From a bacterium (GTDB lineage: Bacteria > Patescibacteriota > UBA1384 > 2-12-FULL-50-11): a stretch of DNA of 64,000 bases. Shown here one piece after another: positions 20,078-30,484 of this stretch. The translations under genes were made by a program, and so were the position numbers. A model generated the notes under the pieces. The model saw nothing but the letters and a program-made list of their open reading frames with translations, searched no databases and was not told where the DNA came from. Position 1 is the stretch's first letter, and each line of letters opens with the position of its first letter. The DNA lies in assembly GCA_021463485.1 (NCBI GenBank), contig JAJTYJ010000003.1, forward strand, positions 23,292-87,291, read 5' to 3'.

Positions 20078-20742
20078 AACTGCAGTAAGTCGTGATGGTC
20101 GGTCAACCAACGTTCCGCTTTCTTGTATTGAGGGTAGTAAGAGTTAACTAGTTCCCAAAATTTTTTAGAGTGATTCATCTGCGATAAATGTGCTAGCTCG
20201 TGGTATATGACGTAGTCCGAGACCCAGTCTGGCGTGAGGATAAGTCGCCAGTTAAGCGAGATTGTTTTGCGGCTTGAGCACGAACCCCAACGAGTACGCT
20301 GTGAACGAATTGTTACGTTTAACACGTCGTGGTTAATTACGTCGCAAAGTAGTAGTACTCGTTCGGAGAAGTATTTCTTTGCTGTTTTTACGTACCACTT
20401 TTCAAGGATCTTACGGACCGTTTCGTGTTCCTCACTCCCAGCCGTTACCACAATCTGGTTGCTGACAATTTTAACGGTTGGCGAGACGCTGTTGGTTATT
20501 TGCAATTTAAATTGATACTCGCGACCGCGGACTAACAGGGTTTTTGGTTGGGTGATTAGCGCTTCGCGCCGGCTCTGAATTAGTGAGAGCTTCTCCGCAA
20601 TCCAAGATTCGTGCTCAGTAAGAAAGTTATCGATCGTCCGCTGCGGAGTGAACGGGTGACAAGTTAGGACCACTTCACCTTTTGGCAGAACTCGCAGTCG
20701 CAGATGACGAGCGGTCCGGATTCGCTTAATCTTAACTTCCAT
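20074..20742 (-). CDS. YgjP/DUF45 family metallopeptidase-like protein
   Basis: RWGSCS, YVIYHELAH, NHSKKFW. Confidence 0.88.
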   Translation of the reverse strand: MEVKIKRIRTARHLRLRVLPKGEVVLTCHPFTPQRTIDNFLTEHESWIAEKLSLIQSRREALITQPKTLLVRGREYQFKLQITNSVSPTVKIVSNQIVVTAGSEEHETVRKILEKWYVKTAKKYFSERVLLLCDVINHDVLNVTIRSQRTRWGSCSSRKTISLNWRLILTPDWVSDYVIYHELAHLSQMNHSKKFWELVNSYYPQYKKAERWLTDHHDLLQF

Positions 20743-20784
20743 TGGCCAACAATAACAAAAACGTCAGCATCTGCCGACGTTCCT

Positions 20785-20880
20785 TTGCGCAGTGGACGGG
20801 AAAGTTCGCTGCGCTCACTTGCGCTCCGCCTATCGGCGGATCGCGGTTGCACCCGGCGCGGGTTCAACTCTCCGTCCACA
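20785..20880. repeat. tRNA-Asp 3'-end-derived palindromic element
   Basis: 17-bp direct repeat TTGCGCAGTGGACGGGA at 20785 and 20913; inverted T-arm-like copy at 20857-20880; internal hairpin TCCGCC-TATC-GGCGGA. Confidence 0.7.
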
Positions 20881-20915
20881 AAAAAATACCCGATAAATAT
20901 CGAGTATCTTACTTG

Positions 20916-20989
20916 CGCAGTGGACGGGACTTGAACCCGCGACCCCCGCCGTGACAGGGCGGTGCTCTAACCAACTGAGCTACCACTGC
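20916..20989 (-). tRNA. tRNA-Asp(GTC)
   Basis: GCAGTGG/CCACTGC; CCGCC-CTGTCAC-GGCGG. Confidence 0.95.
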
Positions 20990-21043
20990 AAAGTCGCAAT
21001 GCTCATTATACTCGAGCCGGTATCAATTCTTCAAGAAGCCAGA

Positions 21044-22090
21044 CTAAATTGGGACGTAGATCTTAATTTTATAGTTTGGCTTAATGCTCGCGTACCACTC
21101 CTCATAAGTTTGGTAGTTATTACCGGTCTTCTCCGTAACTTGGATAATGTGATAACCAAATTTGCTCTGAACAGGACCCAATATTTTATTCACTTCGCCG
21201 TTAAACGCCGCTTCCTCGAAGCCAGGTGCGATCTGGGCGCTGAGCTCGCCCTTTGTCCAGTAACCTAAGTCGCCGCCGGCTTCTTTTGTTTGTGCGTCTT
21301 GGCTAAATTCGCGAGCAGCAGTTTCGAAGACTTTTCCGCCTTCAATTTGTTTCTTGGCCTCATTTGCCGCACTTTCTGTGGCCGTCAGAATATGTCTGAC
21401 TTTTACACGAGTTAGAACACTAGCCTTAACCTTTTCTTTCAAGATTCGTTCGGCGAGCACTTGCTTAAACTCGCCCGGCTTCATGCCGTAGAGTTCGTGT
21501 ATTCGTTTCTCGAAATTTTCCGTTGTTTTTTTCTGCTGCTCGTACGATTTGTCGAGCTCTTCTTGTGAAACGCTAACACCTCGATTTTGAGCCTCGAGAA
21601 AAACAATCTTATCTTCGACTAGCCCGGCGATAATCTTCTCTCTAAGCTGCGCGTCGGTTGGGATAGCGCTAGCGACGTCTTTTGAGGCCTGAGATTGGAA
21701 GGTGATTAGAAAACGAAGTCTTTGTAAAAAATGGTGGCTCCAGATATACGATTGATTCACTCGTACGGCCGGCATCGGGTAGAGCAAGCTAATCGTCTCG
21801 CTAAACGCACTCTCAGATTTCTTTTGGTAGATATTGTAGTAACCTGCGGCGCCGAAGATTAAGTAAATCGACAAGATAAATATTGCGATATCAATAAAAA
21901 TTGTTGATGGGTTATGTACGTGGCGCTGAACTAGCGCCTCGAGAAACGGCAGACGCAATCTCAACCATACGAATACTTTTTCGTATAGTACGTAAATGGC
22001 ACGACCGACTCTTTTTAGAATCAATAAAGCGCTCTGAAGAAACTCAGATATTTTCTTTAGAATGGGGTTAATTGCGGAAAGTTTGCCCAT
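21044..22090 (-). CDS. PrsA/SurA-type parvulin peptidyl-prolyl isomerase
   Basis: TM, SurA_N-like region, RHIL..GGDLG..FGYHII. Confidence 0.85.
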   Translation of the reverse strand: MGKLSAINPILKKISEFLQSALLILKRVGRAIYVLYEKVFVWLRLRLPFLEALVQRHVHNPSTIFIDIAIFILSIYLIFGAAGYYNIYQKKSESAFSETISLLYPMPAVRVNQSYIWSHHFLQRLRFLITFQSQASKDVASAIPTDAQLREKIIAGLVEDKIVFLEAQNRGVSVSQEELDKSYEQQKKTTENFEKRIHELYGMKPGEFKQVLAERILKEKVKASVLTRVKVRHILTATESAANEAKKQIEGGKVFETAAREFSQDAQTKEAGGDLGYWTKGELSAQIAPGFEEAAFNGEVNKILGPVQSKFGYHIIQVTEKTGNNYQTYEEWYASIKPNYKIKIYVPI

Positions 22091-22632
22091 ATAATACTAC
22101 CTACTACTACCATAACAGTTACCGCCACAAACAAAAAATGTCGAACAAGCTGGAACGAGCCCTGGCTGTCGCGTAGCTCGATCAGCCGCCAGAATAAGTA
22201 GAAGCAGATACCGCTTAAGAGCGCTCGGTTAAAGAAGGAGATCGGCCAGTGGCTAAATATGGTGTTAACCTGAGAAAGTCCTAAACCAAGTAGTAACCAA
22301 AAAGTAATTGGTGTTCTTGCGTTATCGTCAGTTTCCTCGATAACTCTGCCGATAAGCACTGCCGCCAAGATTAAAACCGCGTTACCGATTACTCCGTTAA
22401 TAGATTCGTCGAGCAGCCAATAGTTGACGCTCACAAGTACCAGAAACATTGTTGAGAGTCCGGCGATACGCCCCTGTTTTAGCAGGATGTTGATAGTCGA
22501 AAAAACAAACAGTAGTACATAAGCGATCTGAGAAGTTGTGGTTGGTAAAAATCGCCAAGTAATTACAGTGCCGAGTACCAATATCGCCCAAAATACCGCT
22601 AGATGCGGACGCAAGAATCTCAAAGAATTCAT
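22057..22632 (-). CDS. Multi-pass membrane protein
   Basis: About 6 hydrophobic helices; operonic. Confidence 0.6.
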   Translation of the reverse strand: MNSLRFLRPHLAVFWAILVLGTVITWRFLPTTTSQIAYVLLFVFSTINILLKQGRIAGLSTMFLVLVSVNYWLLDESINGVIGNAVLILAAVLIGRVIEETDDNARTPITFWLLLGLGLSQVNTIFSHWPISFFNRALLSGICFYLFWRLIELRDSQGSFQLVRHFLFVAVTVMVVVGSIIWANFPQLTPF

Positions 22633-22633
22633 A

Positions 22634-24001
22634 CTACTTTACTTGGTAGCTGCTACCGACAGTTATTACAATATCTGCTTGTATCTCGGTAGCTGGTGCT
22701 TTCGAGGTACTAGTAATAGCAAAGCGTTTTTTGAGCAGGCTCATTGTGTACGGATCGTTCTTGCTCTCACTTAACGCCGATTTTACTTGGGCGTTTGGCG
22801 AGGCGGTGCTGCCTACAACGGTATAACCGAGCCTCGTTAGGCTATCGACAATCTTTTTCGTATTGGTCTCTTTGCCGGTTGCGTTAATTACGTAGACCTT
22901 CGCCGCTTCCTTGATGATGTACGGCTCTGGGAATACAGTCTGAACGAATTCCTTAACTTCGCTGAAGTCGTCTGCGCCCTTTTTAGGAATAATAATGTAA
23001 GCGCCGCCGCCGTTGGTACTAGATTTGAGCGGGCTATCAACGCTGGCGTCCAACACTTTAGTTGTGATTTTTTTGCTATCAACCGTTTTTATTAACGAGT
23101 AAAGCTTGGTGATTTCTTCAACTGTCATATCGGTTCGTAAGTTTGAGCCAACGATACTGATCATCGTTGTTAGTTTTTTCGGATTAGAAATAATATCGAT
23201 AACGCCAAGCTTATCTTTAATCGCTAACATCACCTGCTGTTGTCGGCGTGATCGGTCGAAGTCGTTTGTAGTCTGTCGGCTTCGAGCGTACTTCAGGGCG
23301 GTATCGCCGTTCATTCGTTGCATCCCAGCCGGAATATAGAGCGGTTCATATCCAGTGTTGGTTTTATTGGGAAACTTCGGATCGCTAAGCGGTTTGTCGA
23401 CGTATACTTGTATACCGCCAACAGCGTCTACTAGTTTCTTAAGACCCTCGAAATTGATTCGCGCGAAATAGTGGACATCGATTCCTAATGTGTTTTCAAG
23501 AACGTCTTTCAACGCTTCTGCTCCGTAGTCGATTTCCGGATCACACGTACTGGTTTTCTTTGTGCACCTCTTTTGAGACTGGTTATATACTCCGTTGATT
23601 CTAGTTTTACCGAGTTTCGGCGCTGTAACGTATAAATCGCGGGGGACTGAGAGCATCGAAAGCGACGAGTTAATTGGGTCGATTGAGATAATTTGGATCG
23701 TGTCGCTTAAACCTGCGGCGTTGTCGACGCCAAGCGCTAGAATATTAATTCGGCCATCACCCTCGTTGGCTAGCTGGTCTGGAGTAGTGTTGCCGCCAAA
23801 TTTAAAAAACGACGGCTTATCGTCGGTGTTTTTTGCTGAGATATTGTTGAGCGCAATAATACCTGTCGCCCCGATCCAACCGACAACTCCGAGCACCAAA
23901 ATGAACAGCGTCCACAAAAATACTCGCAATTTTTTATTGCGCGGTTTGACGATTCGATTAATAGTTTCTGGTCCTGATGAAAATTTTCGTCGAAATAGCA
24001 T
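22634..24001 (-). CDS. LytR-CpsA-Psr (LCP) family protein with LytR_C
   Basis: NILALGVD, SDTI, SVPRD, YARSR..DFDRSRRQQ. Confidence 0.9.
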   Translation of the reverse strand: MLFRRKFSSGPETINRIVKPRNKKLRVFLWTLFILVLGVVGWIGATGIIALNNISAKNTDDKPSFFKFGGNTTPDQLANEGDGRINILALGVDNAAGLSDTIQIISIDPINSSLSMLSVPRDLYVTAPKLGKTRINGVYNQSQKRCTKKTSTCDPEIDYGAEALKDVLENTLGIDVHYFARINFEGLKKLVDAVGGIQVYVDKPLSDPKFPNKTNTGYEPLYIPAGMQRMNGDTALKYARSRQTTNDFDRSRRQQQVMLAIKDKLGVIDIISNPKKLTTMISIVGSNLRTDMTVEEITKLYSLIKTVDSKKITTKVLDASVDSPLKSSTNGGGAYIIIPKKGADDFSEVKEFVQTVFPEPYIIKEAAKVYVINATGKETNTKKIVDSLTRLGYTVVGSTASPNAQVKSALSESKNDPYTMSLLKKRFAITSTSKAPATEIQADIVITVGSSYQVK

Positions 24002-24045
24002 TAGACTTAGGTTAATTTACCACACTTTACGATTAGATATAAGGT

Positions 24046-24426
24046 TCAATTTGCGTGCAGTGTTTTAGTAATCTCAAATTTTTTCCCGTTTTTTATTTCC
24101 TGTGAAAGTGAAGATAGTTCGCCAGCTGCGGTGAATAACGGCACGTTAATCACCCAAGCTAGAGTATTTGCAACGGCGATACCGATACGCTGACCTGTTA
24201 GTGAGCCGTCGCGGCAAATCACGCCAATAGCGGTTACCGAACTGAGATTGCTCGATGCTTCTTTGAAAATTTCTTCAAGTAATACTAATAATTCTTGAGC
24301 TCGTTGTTGCTCAGTCTTACAAATTACCGTGTTCGCTGTAACCAGCGCGGCGCTCGTTGATTGAGGGTCGTTAGTGTCGAGCAGTAGAATTCGTGGGAAA
24401 TCGGAGATGTCGTACTTGTTGGCCAT
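24046..24426 (-). CDS. tsaB: Minimal TsaB (t6A biosynthesis)
   Basis: LLLDT, GSLTGQRIGIAVANTL; next to tsaE. Confidence 0.75.
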   Translation of the reverse strand: MANKYDISDFPRILLLDTNDPQSTSAALVTANTVICKTEQQRAQELLVLLEEIFKEASSNLSSVTAIGVICRDGSLTGQRIGIAVANTLAWVINVPLFTAAGELSSLSQEIKNGKKFEITKTLHAN

Positions 24427-24811
24427 GTATGTCGATTGTAGCTTCTTTGGTATCTTTCGGCAGTAACTCTTGAACCCGGTCCGGCCACTCTATAATCACT
24501 AGCTTATCTTTTTGGTTAAGATACTCCGACCAGTCGAATTTTTTAACTTCAGTGGTATTGAGTCGATATAAGTCTAGGTGGATGACCTCGGTGATTTTCT
24601 TGTAATCGACGCGGTAGCGTCGTTCTAGAACGAACGTCGGGCTACTGACACGCCCGGTGTAACCCATCTTTTCTAGAATGGCCCGAGTTAGCGTTGTTTT
24701 TCCGGCTGCGAGTTGCCCTTTAAGCGCTAAAATGTCACCGGCTTTCAGTTCTTTTAACAGCTTTGCGGCGACGGAAGAAATTTTACTTTCTGTAAATTCG
24801 ATATCCAGCAT
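24371..24811 (-). CDS. tsaE: t6A biosynthesis ATPase TsaE
   Basis: GQLAAGKTT, VSSPTF, HLDLYRL, IIEW. Confidence 0.93.
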   Translation of the reverse strand: MLDIEFTESKISSVAAKLLKELKAGDILALKGQLAAGKTTLTRAILEKMGYTGRVSSPTFVLERRYRVDYKKITEVIHLDLYRLNTTEVKKFDWSEYLNQKDKLVIIEWPDRVQELLPKDTKEATIDIHGQQVRHLRFPTNSTARH

Positions 24812-24858
24812 AGACATATATTTTACTTTGGAATCGCACACAAAAAAATACCCCGTGG

Positions 24859-25458
24859 TTAGACGGGGACGTTGAGGGCGTCGCAGAACTGCTGGTATTG
24901 AAACTCCTTCGAACCTGATTCGATGAAATTAACTGGCCAGCCGCCACGTTGGAGAGTTAGAGCTTCGTCGTTCCAGTTACTACTGGTTTCGACGCGGCGT
25001 TGGGCGACCTCCGGCGAATCGCCGCGATCGATCATCCGATTGTACAGCTCGTAATCGTCGGGCGAGAGTAAGAAGAAATAGTGCTGACGATCTTGCGGCA
25101 ATACTCTCCAAGCGATCGGAACAGTGTCGGGTGTGACAACGATCAGACTATACTCGTACTGAAGTAGCGCCGTATGAAATTGGGCAAAAACGTTTCCGTA
25201 GTGATAACCGTGTGCCTCGACGCACCACGTAACCTCACCTGTTTCGCGCAATTCTGAGAGCTGCTCTTCGGTTAGATATTCGTACTCTCTCGAATCGTCG
25301 TCGACGCGCGGCGCTCGGGTAGTGAAGCTTCGGATCATTCCGGCGTACGGTTGATGCTCCTTGATAAAACGACGTACTAACGTGGTCTTGCCGCTGCCAG
25401 GCCTGCCGATAATGCCAAACATACTGTGAGCGAAAGGAACGTCCCAAAACTGAGTCAT
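24859..25458 (-). CDS. Guanylate kinase-like protein (divergent)
   Basis: GRPGSGKTT, FTTRAPR, HGYHYG, RGDS. Confidence 0.75.
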   Translation of the reverse strand: MTQFWDVPFAHSMFGIIGRPGSGKTTLVRRFIKEHQPYAGMIRSFTTRAPRVDDDSREYEYLTEEQLSELRETGEVTWCVEAHGYHYGNVFAQFHTALLQYEYSLIVVTPDTVPIAWRVLPQDRQHYFFLLSPDDYELYNRMIDRGDSPEVAQRRVETSSNWNDEALTLQRGGWPVNFIESGSKEFQYQQFCDALNVPV

Positions 25459-25546
25459 CTTTTCACCTATCTATGTACAAATCGCTTCCGGGCTTGGAAT
25501 ATCCCATTTAGGCAATCCAAACCCGATAGCGCGACCGATGGTCTCG

Positions 25547-25617
25547 CTCCCGGGCTTGGATTCGAACCAAGATACCTGCCTCCAAAGGGCAGTGTCCTAC
25601 CGTTAGACGACCCGGGA
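25547..25617 (-). tRNA. tRNA-Gln(TTG)
   Basis: TCCCGGG/CCCGGGA; CTGCC-CTTTGGA-GGCAG. Confidence 0.93.
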
Positions 25618-25673
25618 ATACTCGCTAATTATATCTGCAAATTGGCAAAATGTCAGGTAGAAAATAGCGGCCC

Positions 25674-25991
25674 TTAGGCCGCTGGGTCTTCGTCTATCCA
25701 TTCGATTTCTACCGGAATTGGTAAAAATTGATCAGTGGCGGTAATGACGAAAGCGATCTCGATTTGGCCGATAGTATGTTTGTAGCGCTTATTGCCCTTT
25801 GATGCAGTTCGCAATTCTGTCATCTCAACGACGCCGCAAACAAATCGTGAAGCGCTATCGTGCACGATAACTTCAACCTTCCCCTCACCCTTATCACGGA
25901 TTGTCTTGCGCTGTTGGGGGTTTAGGATCGACGCCGCTTCCTTCAAAAGCCATTCGTTTGGTGATGTCCATTTCCGCTTTAATGTACGCAT
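25674..25991 (-). CDS. Hypothetical protein (about 105 aa)
   Basis: SD AGGAGG before MRTLKRK; the longer predicted ORF overlaps rnpB and was trimmed. Confidence 0.5.
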   Translation of the reverse strand: MRTLKRKWTSPNEWLLKEAASILNPQQRKTIRDKGEGKVEVIVHDSASRFVCGVVEMTELRTASKGNKRYKHTIGQIEIAFVITATDQFLPIPVEIEWIDEDPAA

Positions 25992-26051
25992 CGCAGCCTC
26001 CTGCTTTTTGTAAAAATACACAAAAGCGCTTCCTTGCGGAAGCGCTTCGTG

Positions 26052-26396
26052 GAAGCCGGTAAGCCGGGTTCTGTTTATACGACCATCTCTCTGATGCGTT
26101 GAGACCATTCGTAACTGCGAGACCGCAGTGGAGCTCGGTGTTTCTCTCGAAACGTTGAACTTAATTTACGAAGGGCCCACTCAACTTGCACCACGCTGGG
26201 TTTGGCTTCCAATCCGTATTACTACGGAAGTTGTGAGCTCTTACCTCACTCTTTTCATCCTTACCCACCAATTGGCGGGCGGTTTGGTTTCTGTGCCACT
26301 TTCCCGTGCCTTGCGACAGCCAGCCGTTAGCTGGAGCGCGTCTCTACGGTGCCCGGACTTTCCTCATGTTAAATAACACGCGATCGTTTCGACTTC
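26052..26396 (-). ncRNA. rnpB: RNase P RNA
   Basis: GAGGAAAGTCCGGGC (CR-I), ACAGAACCCGGCTTA (CR-V), P1 GAAGTCG/CGGCTTC; terminator-like hairpin at 26021-26049. Confidence 0.95.
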
Positions 26397-26419
26397 GACA
26401 AAAGACTAACAGAATTAAG

Positions 26420-27034
26420 CTATGTTTTCAACCAGTTAAGATACGTTTTTCGGTGTAACGGCGACGGTCCAATCTCGTCAATTTTTCGTTTGTGATTGGC
26501 TGTGCCGTATCCGACGTTAGTTTGCCAATAGTATTGTGGAAAGAAGCGACCGTAGCTTTTCATAAGCTGATCCCGATAAGTTTTGGCGATAATCGAAGCG
26601 GCAGCGACTGGGTAGAAAAGTGAGTCGCCCCGAACTGCACGAATAGTTTTGTATTTTTTGGGCAATCGAACAAAGTCGGTTAGGAAAAGGTCGGCATTAA
26701 TTTTCTCTAGGGCTCTAGCATATGCTAATTCTTGAGCTTTTGTGATCCCAATGCTGTCGATCTCGTCGTTGCTGGCTTGTCCAAGTGATACTTGTTTGGC
26801 GTTGGCAATCAGTAGGGGAGTGAGTTCTGTTCTGGAAATGGCAGATAGCCTTTTCGAATCACAAACGTTCGGCAGCACAACGTTAATCTCGATCGCCGCA
26901 ACGACGATCGGTCCAGCTAACGCACCGCGCCCAACTTCGTCTAAGCCAACAATTCTACTAAATTGATATATGCTTTTTAACTCGTTGATAAACGATGGAT
27001 CGGGGTTAGGCAGCGACTTTTTGCTCGCGCTCAT
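26420..27034 (-). CDS. rnhB: Ribonuclease HII
   Basis: GLDEVGRGALAGP, DSK, AAASIIAK. Confidence 0.95.
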   Translation of the reverse strand: MSASKKSLPNPDPSFINELKSIYQFSRIVGLDEVGRGALAGPIVVAAIEINVVLPNVCDSKRLSAISRTELTPLLIANAKQVSLGQASNDEIDSIGITKAQELAYARALEKINADLFLTDFVRLPKKYKTIRAVRGDSLFYPVAAASIIAKTYRDQLMKSYGRFFPQYYWQTNVGYGTANHKRKIDEIGPSPLHRKTYLNWLKT

Positions 27035-29849
27035 GTTGTTCTTCCCTCAAGAACCGACCTGTAATCGACTGTTCACACTTAATGATGTCTTCTGGCGTAC
27101 CTTCAGCTACTACTTCGCCGCCTCTTGTTCCGCCGTCTGGACCGAGATCAACGATCCAGTCAGCGCAGCGAATAACGTCAGTGTTATGCTCGATAACAAT
27201 TACGGTATTGCCTTTATCAACTAACTGGTAGAGCACTTGCAGTAAGCGCTGAATGTCTTCGAAGTGAAGACCGGTTGTTGGCTCATCAAGAATATAGAGT
27301 GTTTTACCGGTATCGCGCTTAGCTAATTCAGCGGCAAGTTTAATTCGTTGCGCCTCTCCGCCTGAGAGCGTTGTTGCTGGTTGACCGAGGCGAACGTAAC
27401 CTAATCCAACAGCCTGCAAGATATCAAGTTTTTCTCGAACTTCGATTTGATCCTGAAAGAAGGTGAGCGCTTCGTCGACGGTCATCGCCAAGATATCGCT
27501 AATGTCCTTACCGCGATAACGAATCTCAAGCGTCTCGGTGTTGTAGCGTTTCCCTTTGCACTCGGTACAAGTAACGTAAACGTCTGGCAAGAAGTTCATC
27601 TCAATTTTTATCTGACCGTCGCCGCGACAGTTCTCGCACCGTCCGCCCCGCAGGTTAAAACTAAATCGAGATGGGTCGTATCCACGATCCATCGCCTCTC
27701 TGGTATTGGCGAATAGCTCGCGAATCGGGCCGAGCGCGCTGGTGTAAGTTGCTGGGTTTGAGCGCGGTGTGCGACCGATCGGTGATTGATCGATATTAAT
27801 AATATTGTCGATCGCTTCCATACCTGTTATTTTTTCGTAAGGTGCCGCTTCGTTTGTTGAGCTACGGAAGTGATTCTCAACTGCTATAGCAAGCGTATCT
27901 TCAACTAACGTCGATTTACCCGAACCGGAGACGCCGGTAACACAGATGAGTTTGTTGAGAGGAAAATTGGCGGTGACGTTTTTTAAATTATTCCCTGTCG
28001 CACCGTGGACAGTTAAAACTTGCTCGGCGTGATCGTGTCGGTGTTGCGGGAGGCGAATCAGCTTGCGGTTTGACAGATACTGACCGGTGATCGAGTTGCT
28101 GTCCGCCATCACTTCTTTCGGTGTGCCCTGCGAGATTATCTCGCCGCCCTGTTCGCCGGCTCCTGGTCCCATGTCGATAAGATAGTCTGCTCGAAGCATC
28201 GTCTCTCGATCGTGTTCTACGACTATAACGGTATTGCCGCGCTCCTTAAGCTCCTCGATTGTTTTTAGTAATTTCTCATGATCGCGAGCGTGTAAGCCGA
28301 TCGACGGCTCATCAAGGATATAAACAACACCCGTTAAGCCAGAACCGAGCTGGTTAGCCAAACGAATTCGCTGCGCCTCGCCGCCGGCTAAGGTTGAGCT
28401 GGTGCGATTAAGCGTGAGATACCCCAAGCCGACTTCAAGGAGGTACTCAAGCCGAGAGGTGATTTCTTTTGTGATCGGCTCTGAAATCTTCTGGTCGGCG
28501 CTTACTGTGCTCTTTTGGAGTTTTTTAAAGAACGCCAATGCTTCCTCGATTGTCTGACTGGTAAGATCAATGATATTTTTATCCTCAATTTTAATCGAGA
28601 GCACTTCAATGCGCAGACGCTGGCCGTTACAGACATGGCAGAGTTTCTCGACCATATACTTTTCGATTTCGGCTTTAAGATAGTCTGAGTCAGTCTCCTG
28701 ATATCGGCGTTCAAGGTTCGGTAATACTCCTTCGAATCGATCGTCGTTCTCGCCAGCTTCGCCGTTGAGAATAATATCAAGCGTGTCTTTCGGTAAGTCG
28801 CCGACCGGTGTGTCGAGGCTAAATTTATACTTGACGGATAAATCATGTAGCGCTTTCTGATACCAGCTAGTCTGCGATGTCGTTCGACTCCACGGACGAA
28901 TCGCACCCTCTGCCAGAGTTAAACGGGGATTCGGTAATACCAATTCTGGTTCTGCTACGAGCCGTACCCCTAATCCCTGGCAAGACTGACACGCTCCTTC
29001 AGGGTTATTAAACGAAAAGAGGCGCGGCTCGATGTCGGGGAACTGCCAACCGCATTGATGACAGGCGTACTTTTGGGAGTAAAATCGCTCTTTCTCATTA
29101 ATCGGCGAAACTCCGATGACCAAACCGCTGCCAATTTTTAGCGAGCGCTCGACAGTTTTAAGTAAATCAGCAAAAACTACCTCACGAGACTGATCGTTGC
29201 TGACCGGAAAGTCCATCGAACCAGTTAAAAATTCGATAGTGTGTCGTTTGTTTTTATCGATCGTTAGGCCGATCGCTTCGTCGATGTCCATCTCAACACC
29301 GTCGATGCGTGCCTTCAATACTCCGCTTTTTTTACCTTGTTTAAGATGGTATTTATGTTCGCCTTTACGACCCTGAATAATGACGGCATACAGTTTTACT
29401 TTTAGTGTATCGTCGTTTGTAAATTCTTCTAAAATCAATTTTGCGATCGTTTCGGGATTTTGCTGTTTAACGACGATACCGCATTTCGGGCAGTACGGTT
29501 TGCCGAGTCGCGAGAAAAGCAAGCGGAGAAAGTCATAAATTTCGGTTGTCGTTGCTACTGTTGAACGAGGGTTGCGTGCTGCTGTCTTTTGATCGATCGC
29601 GATTGCTGGGGCAAGCCCGTCGATGTAGTCAAAGTCGGGTTTTTCGATGTCGCTCATAAACTGTCTGACGTACGACGAGAGGCTCTCGACGTAACGGCGC
29701 TGACCTTCAGCGAAAATTGTGTCGAATGCGAGCGAAGATTTCCCAGAACCGGAAAGGCCAGTGATCACTGTGATCTGGTTTTTTGGTATTTCAACGGTGA
29801 GGTTTTTTAGATTGTGGGTTCTGGCGCCAACAACGTGAATTTTTTCCAT
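27006..29849 (-). CDS. uvrA: Excinuclease ABC subunit A (copy 1)
   Basis: GLSGSGKSS, Zn fingers, [17 protein letters not shown]. Confidence 0.96.
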   Translation of the reverse strand: MEKIHVVGARTHNLKNLTVEIPKNQITVITGLSGSGKSSLAFDTIFAEGQRRYVESLSSYVRQFMSDIEKPDFDYIDGLAPAIAIDQKTAARNPRSTVATTTEIYDFLRLLFSRLGKPYCPKCGIVVKQQNPETIAKLILEEFTNDDTLKVKLYAVIIQGRKGEHKYHLKQGKKSGVLKARIDGVEMDIDEAIGLTIDKNKRHTIEFLTGSMDFPVSNDQSREVVFADLLKTVERSLKIGSGLVIGVSPINEKERFYSQKYACHQCGWQFPDIEPRLFSFNNPEGACQSCQGLGVRLVAEPELVLPNPRLTLAEGAIRPWSRTTSQTSWYQKALHDLSVKYKFSLDTPVGDLPKDTLDIILNGEAGENDDRFEGVLPNLERRYQETDSDYLKAEIEKYMVEKLCHVCNGQRLRIEVLSIKIEDKNIIDLTSQTIEEALAFFKKLQKSTVSADQKISEPITKEITSRLEYLLEVGLGYLTLNRTSSTLAGGEAQRIRLANQLGSGLTGVVYILDEPSIGLHARDHEKLLKTIEELKERGNTVIVVEHDRETMLRADYLIDMGPGAGEQGGEIISQGTPKEVMADSNSITGQYLSNRKLIRLPQHRHDHAEQVLTVHGATGNNLKNVTANFPLNKLICVTGVSGSGKSTLVEDTLAIAVENHFRSSTNEAAPYEKITGMEAIDNIINIDQSPIGRTPRSNPATYTSALGPIRELFANTREAMDRGYDPSRFSFNLRGGRCENCRGDGQIKIEMNFLPDVYVTCTECKGKRYNTETLEIRYRGKDISDILAMTVDEALTFFQDQIEVREKLDILQAVGLGYVRLGQPATTLSGGEAQRIKLAAELAKRDTGKTLYILDEPTTGLHFEDIQRLLQVLYQLVDKGNTVIVIEHNTDVIRCADWIVDLGPDGGTRGGEVVAEGTPEDIIKCEQSITGRFLREEQHEREQKVAA

Positions 29850-29985
29850 AAATATGAACTAGTTTGTGCTGTTGGCAAGTGTAGCATGTTTTACGGTGGT
29901 CATACAAGGGTCTGAGGGTCTTGCAATTTGGTAGCCAACAGTTACAACTGTGAAAGAGAAAAAAGGAGTAATGAAGGAGGAAGTA

Positions 29986-30459
29986 ATGTTAAAAACTGGT
30001 CCGAATGATGGTGTAAGCGGTCCTGGTACAGTTGTCGGCGTTAACGTCGCGCTATCAGGTACGCTGAAAGATCAGAACGATATCGCAGTGTACGGTATGG
30101 TCGACGGCGAAGTAGTCTCAGATAAGTCTGTGACAGTCGGTCAAACCGCTCAAGTAAAGGGTCCTGTTCGCGGTAAGGTAATAACAATCGCCGGCGTGGT
30201 GCGCGGCTCGATCGACGCGTCGGAGAAGCTGGAGATACTTGAGACTGGAAAAGTTTTCGGTAGTATCGCTACTCGCGATTTAGTGGTCCGCTCAGGTGCG
30301 GTGATCGCCGGCAAGGTCGCAATGGGCGCTGACGAAGGCGAAGAACCAGAGATAAAAGCCCCTGAAGATACAGAGCAAAAAGATGAGTCGATCGAACAAT
30401 CGACCGAGCCCGAGGCGCCAGCTCAGGAAACGGCAGAACTAACACCGGACGAGGAGTAA
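29986..30459 (+). CDS. Bactofilin (polymer-forming cytoskeletal protein)
   Basis: V/I-x-G beta-helix repeats; acidic tail; SD AAGGAGG. Confidence 0.85.
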   Translation: MLKTGPNDGVSGPGTVVGVNVALSGTLKDQNDIAVYGMVDGEVVSDKSVTVGQTAQVKGPVRGKVITIAGVVRGSIDASEKLEILETGKVFGSIATRDLVVRSGAVIAGKVAMGADEGEEPEIKAPEDTEQKDESIEQSTEPEAPAQETAELTPDEE

Positions 30460-30484
30460 TTAGCTGCCATTGGCGGCGAAGTAG

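Noticed and set aside
20664-21268. Short ORFs around tRNA-Asp
   Set aside because: They overlap the tRNA, the repeat element or the PPIase gene.
25992-26376. ORF 26128-26376 and the 5' extension of ORF 25674-26108
   Set aside because: Both overlap RNase P RNA and its terminator.
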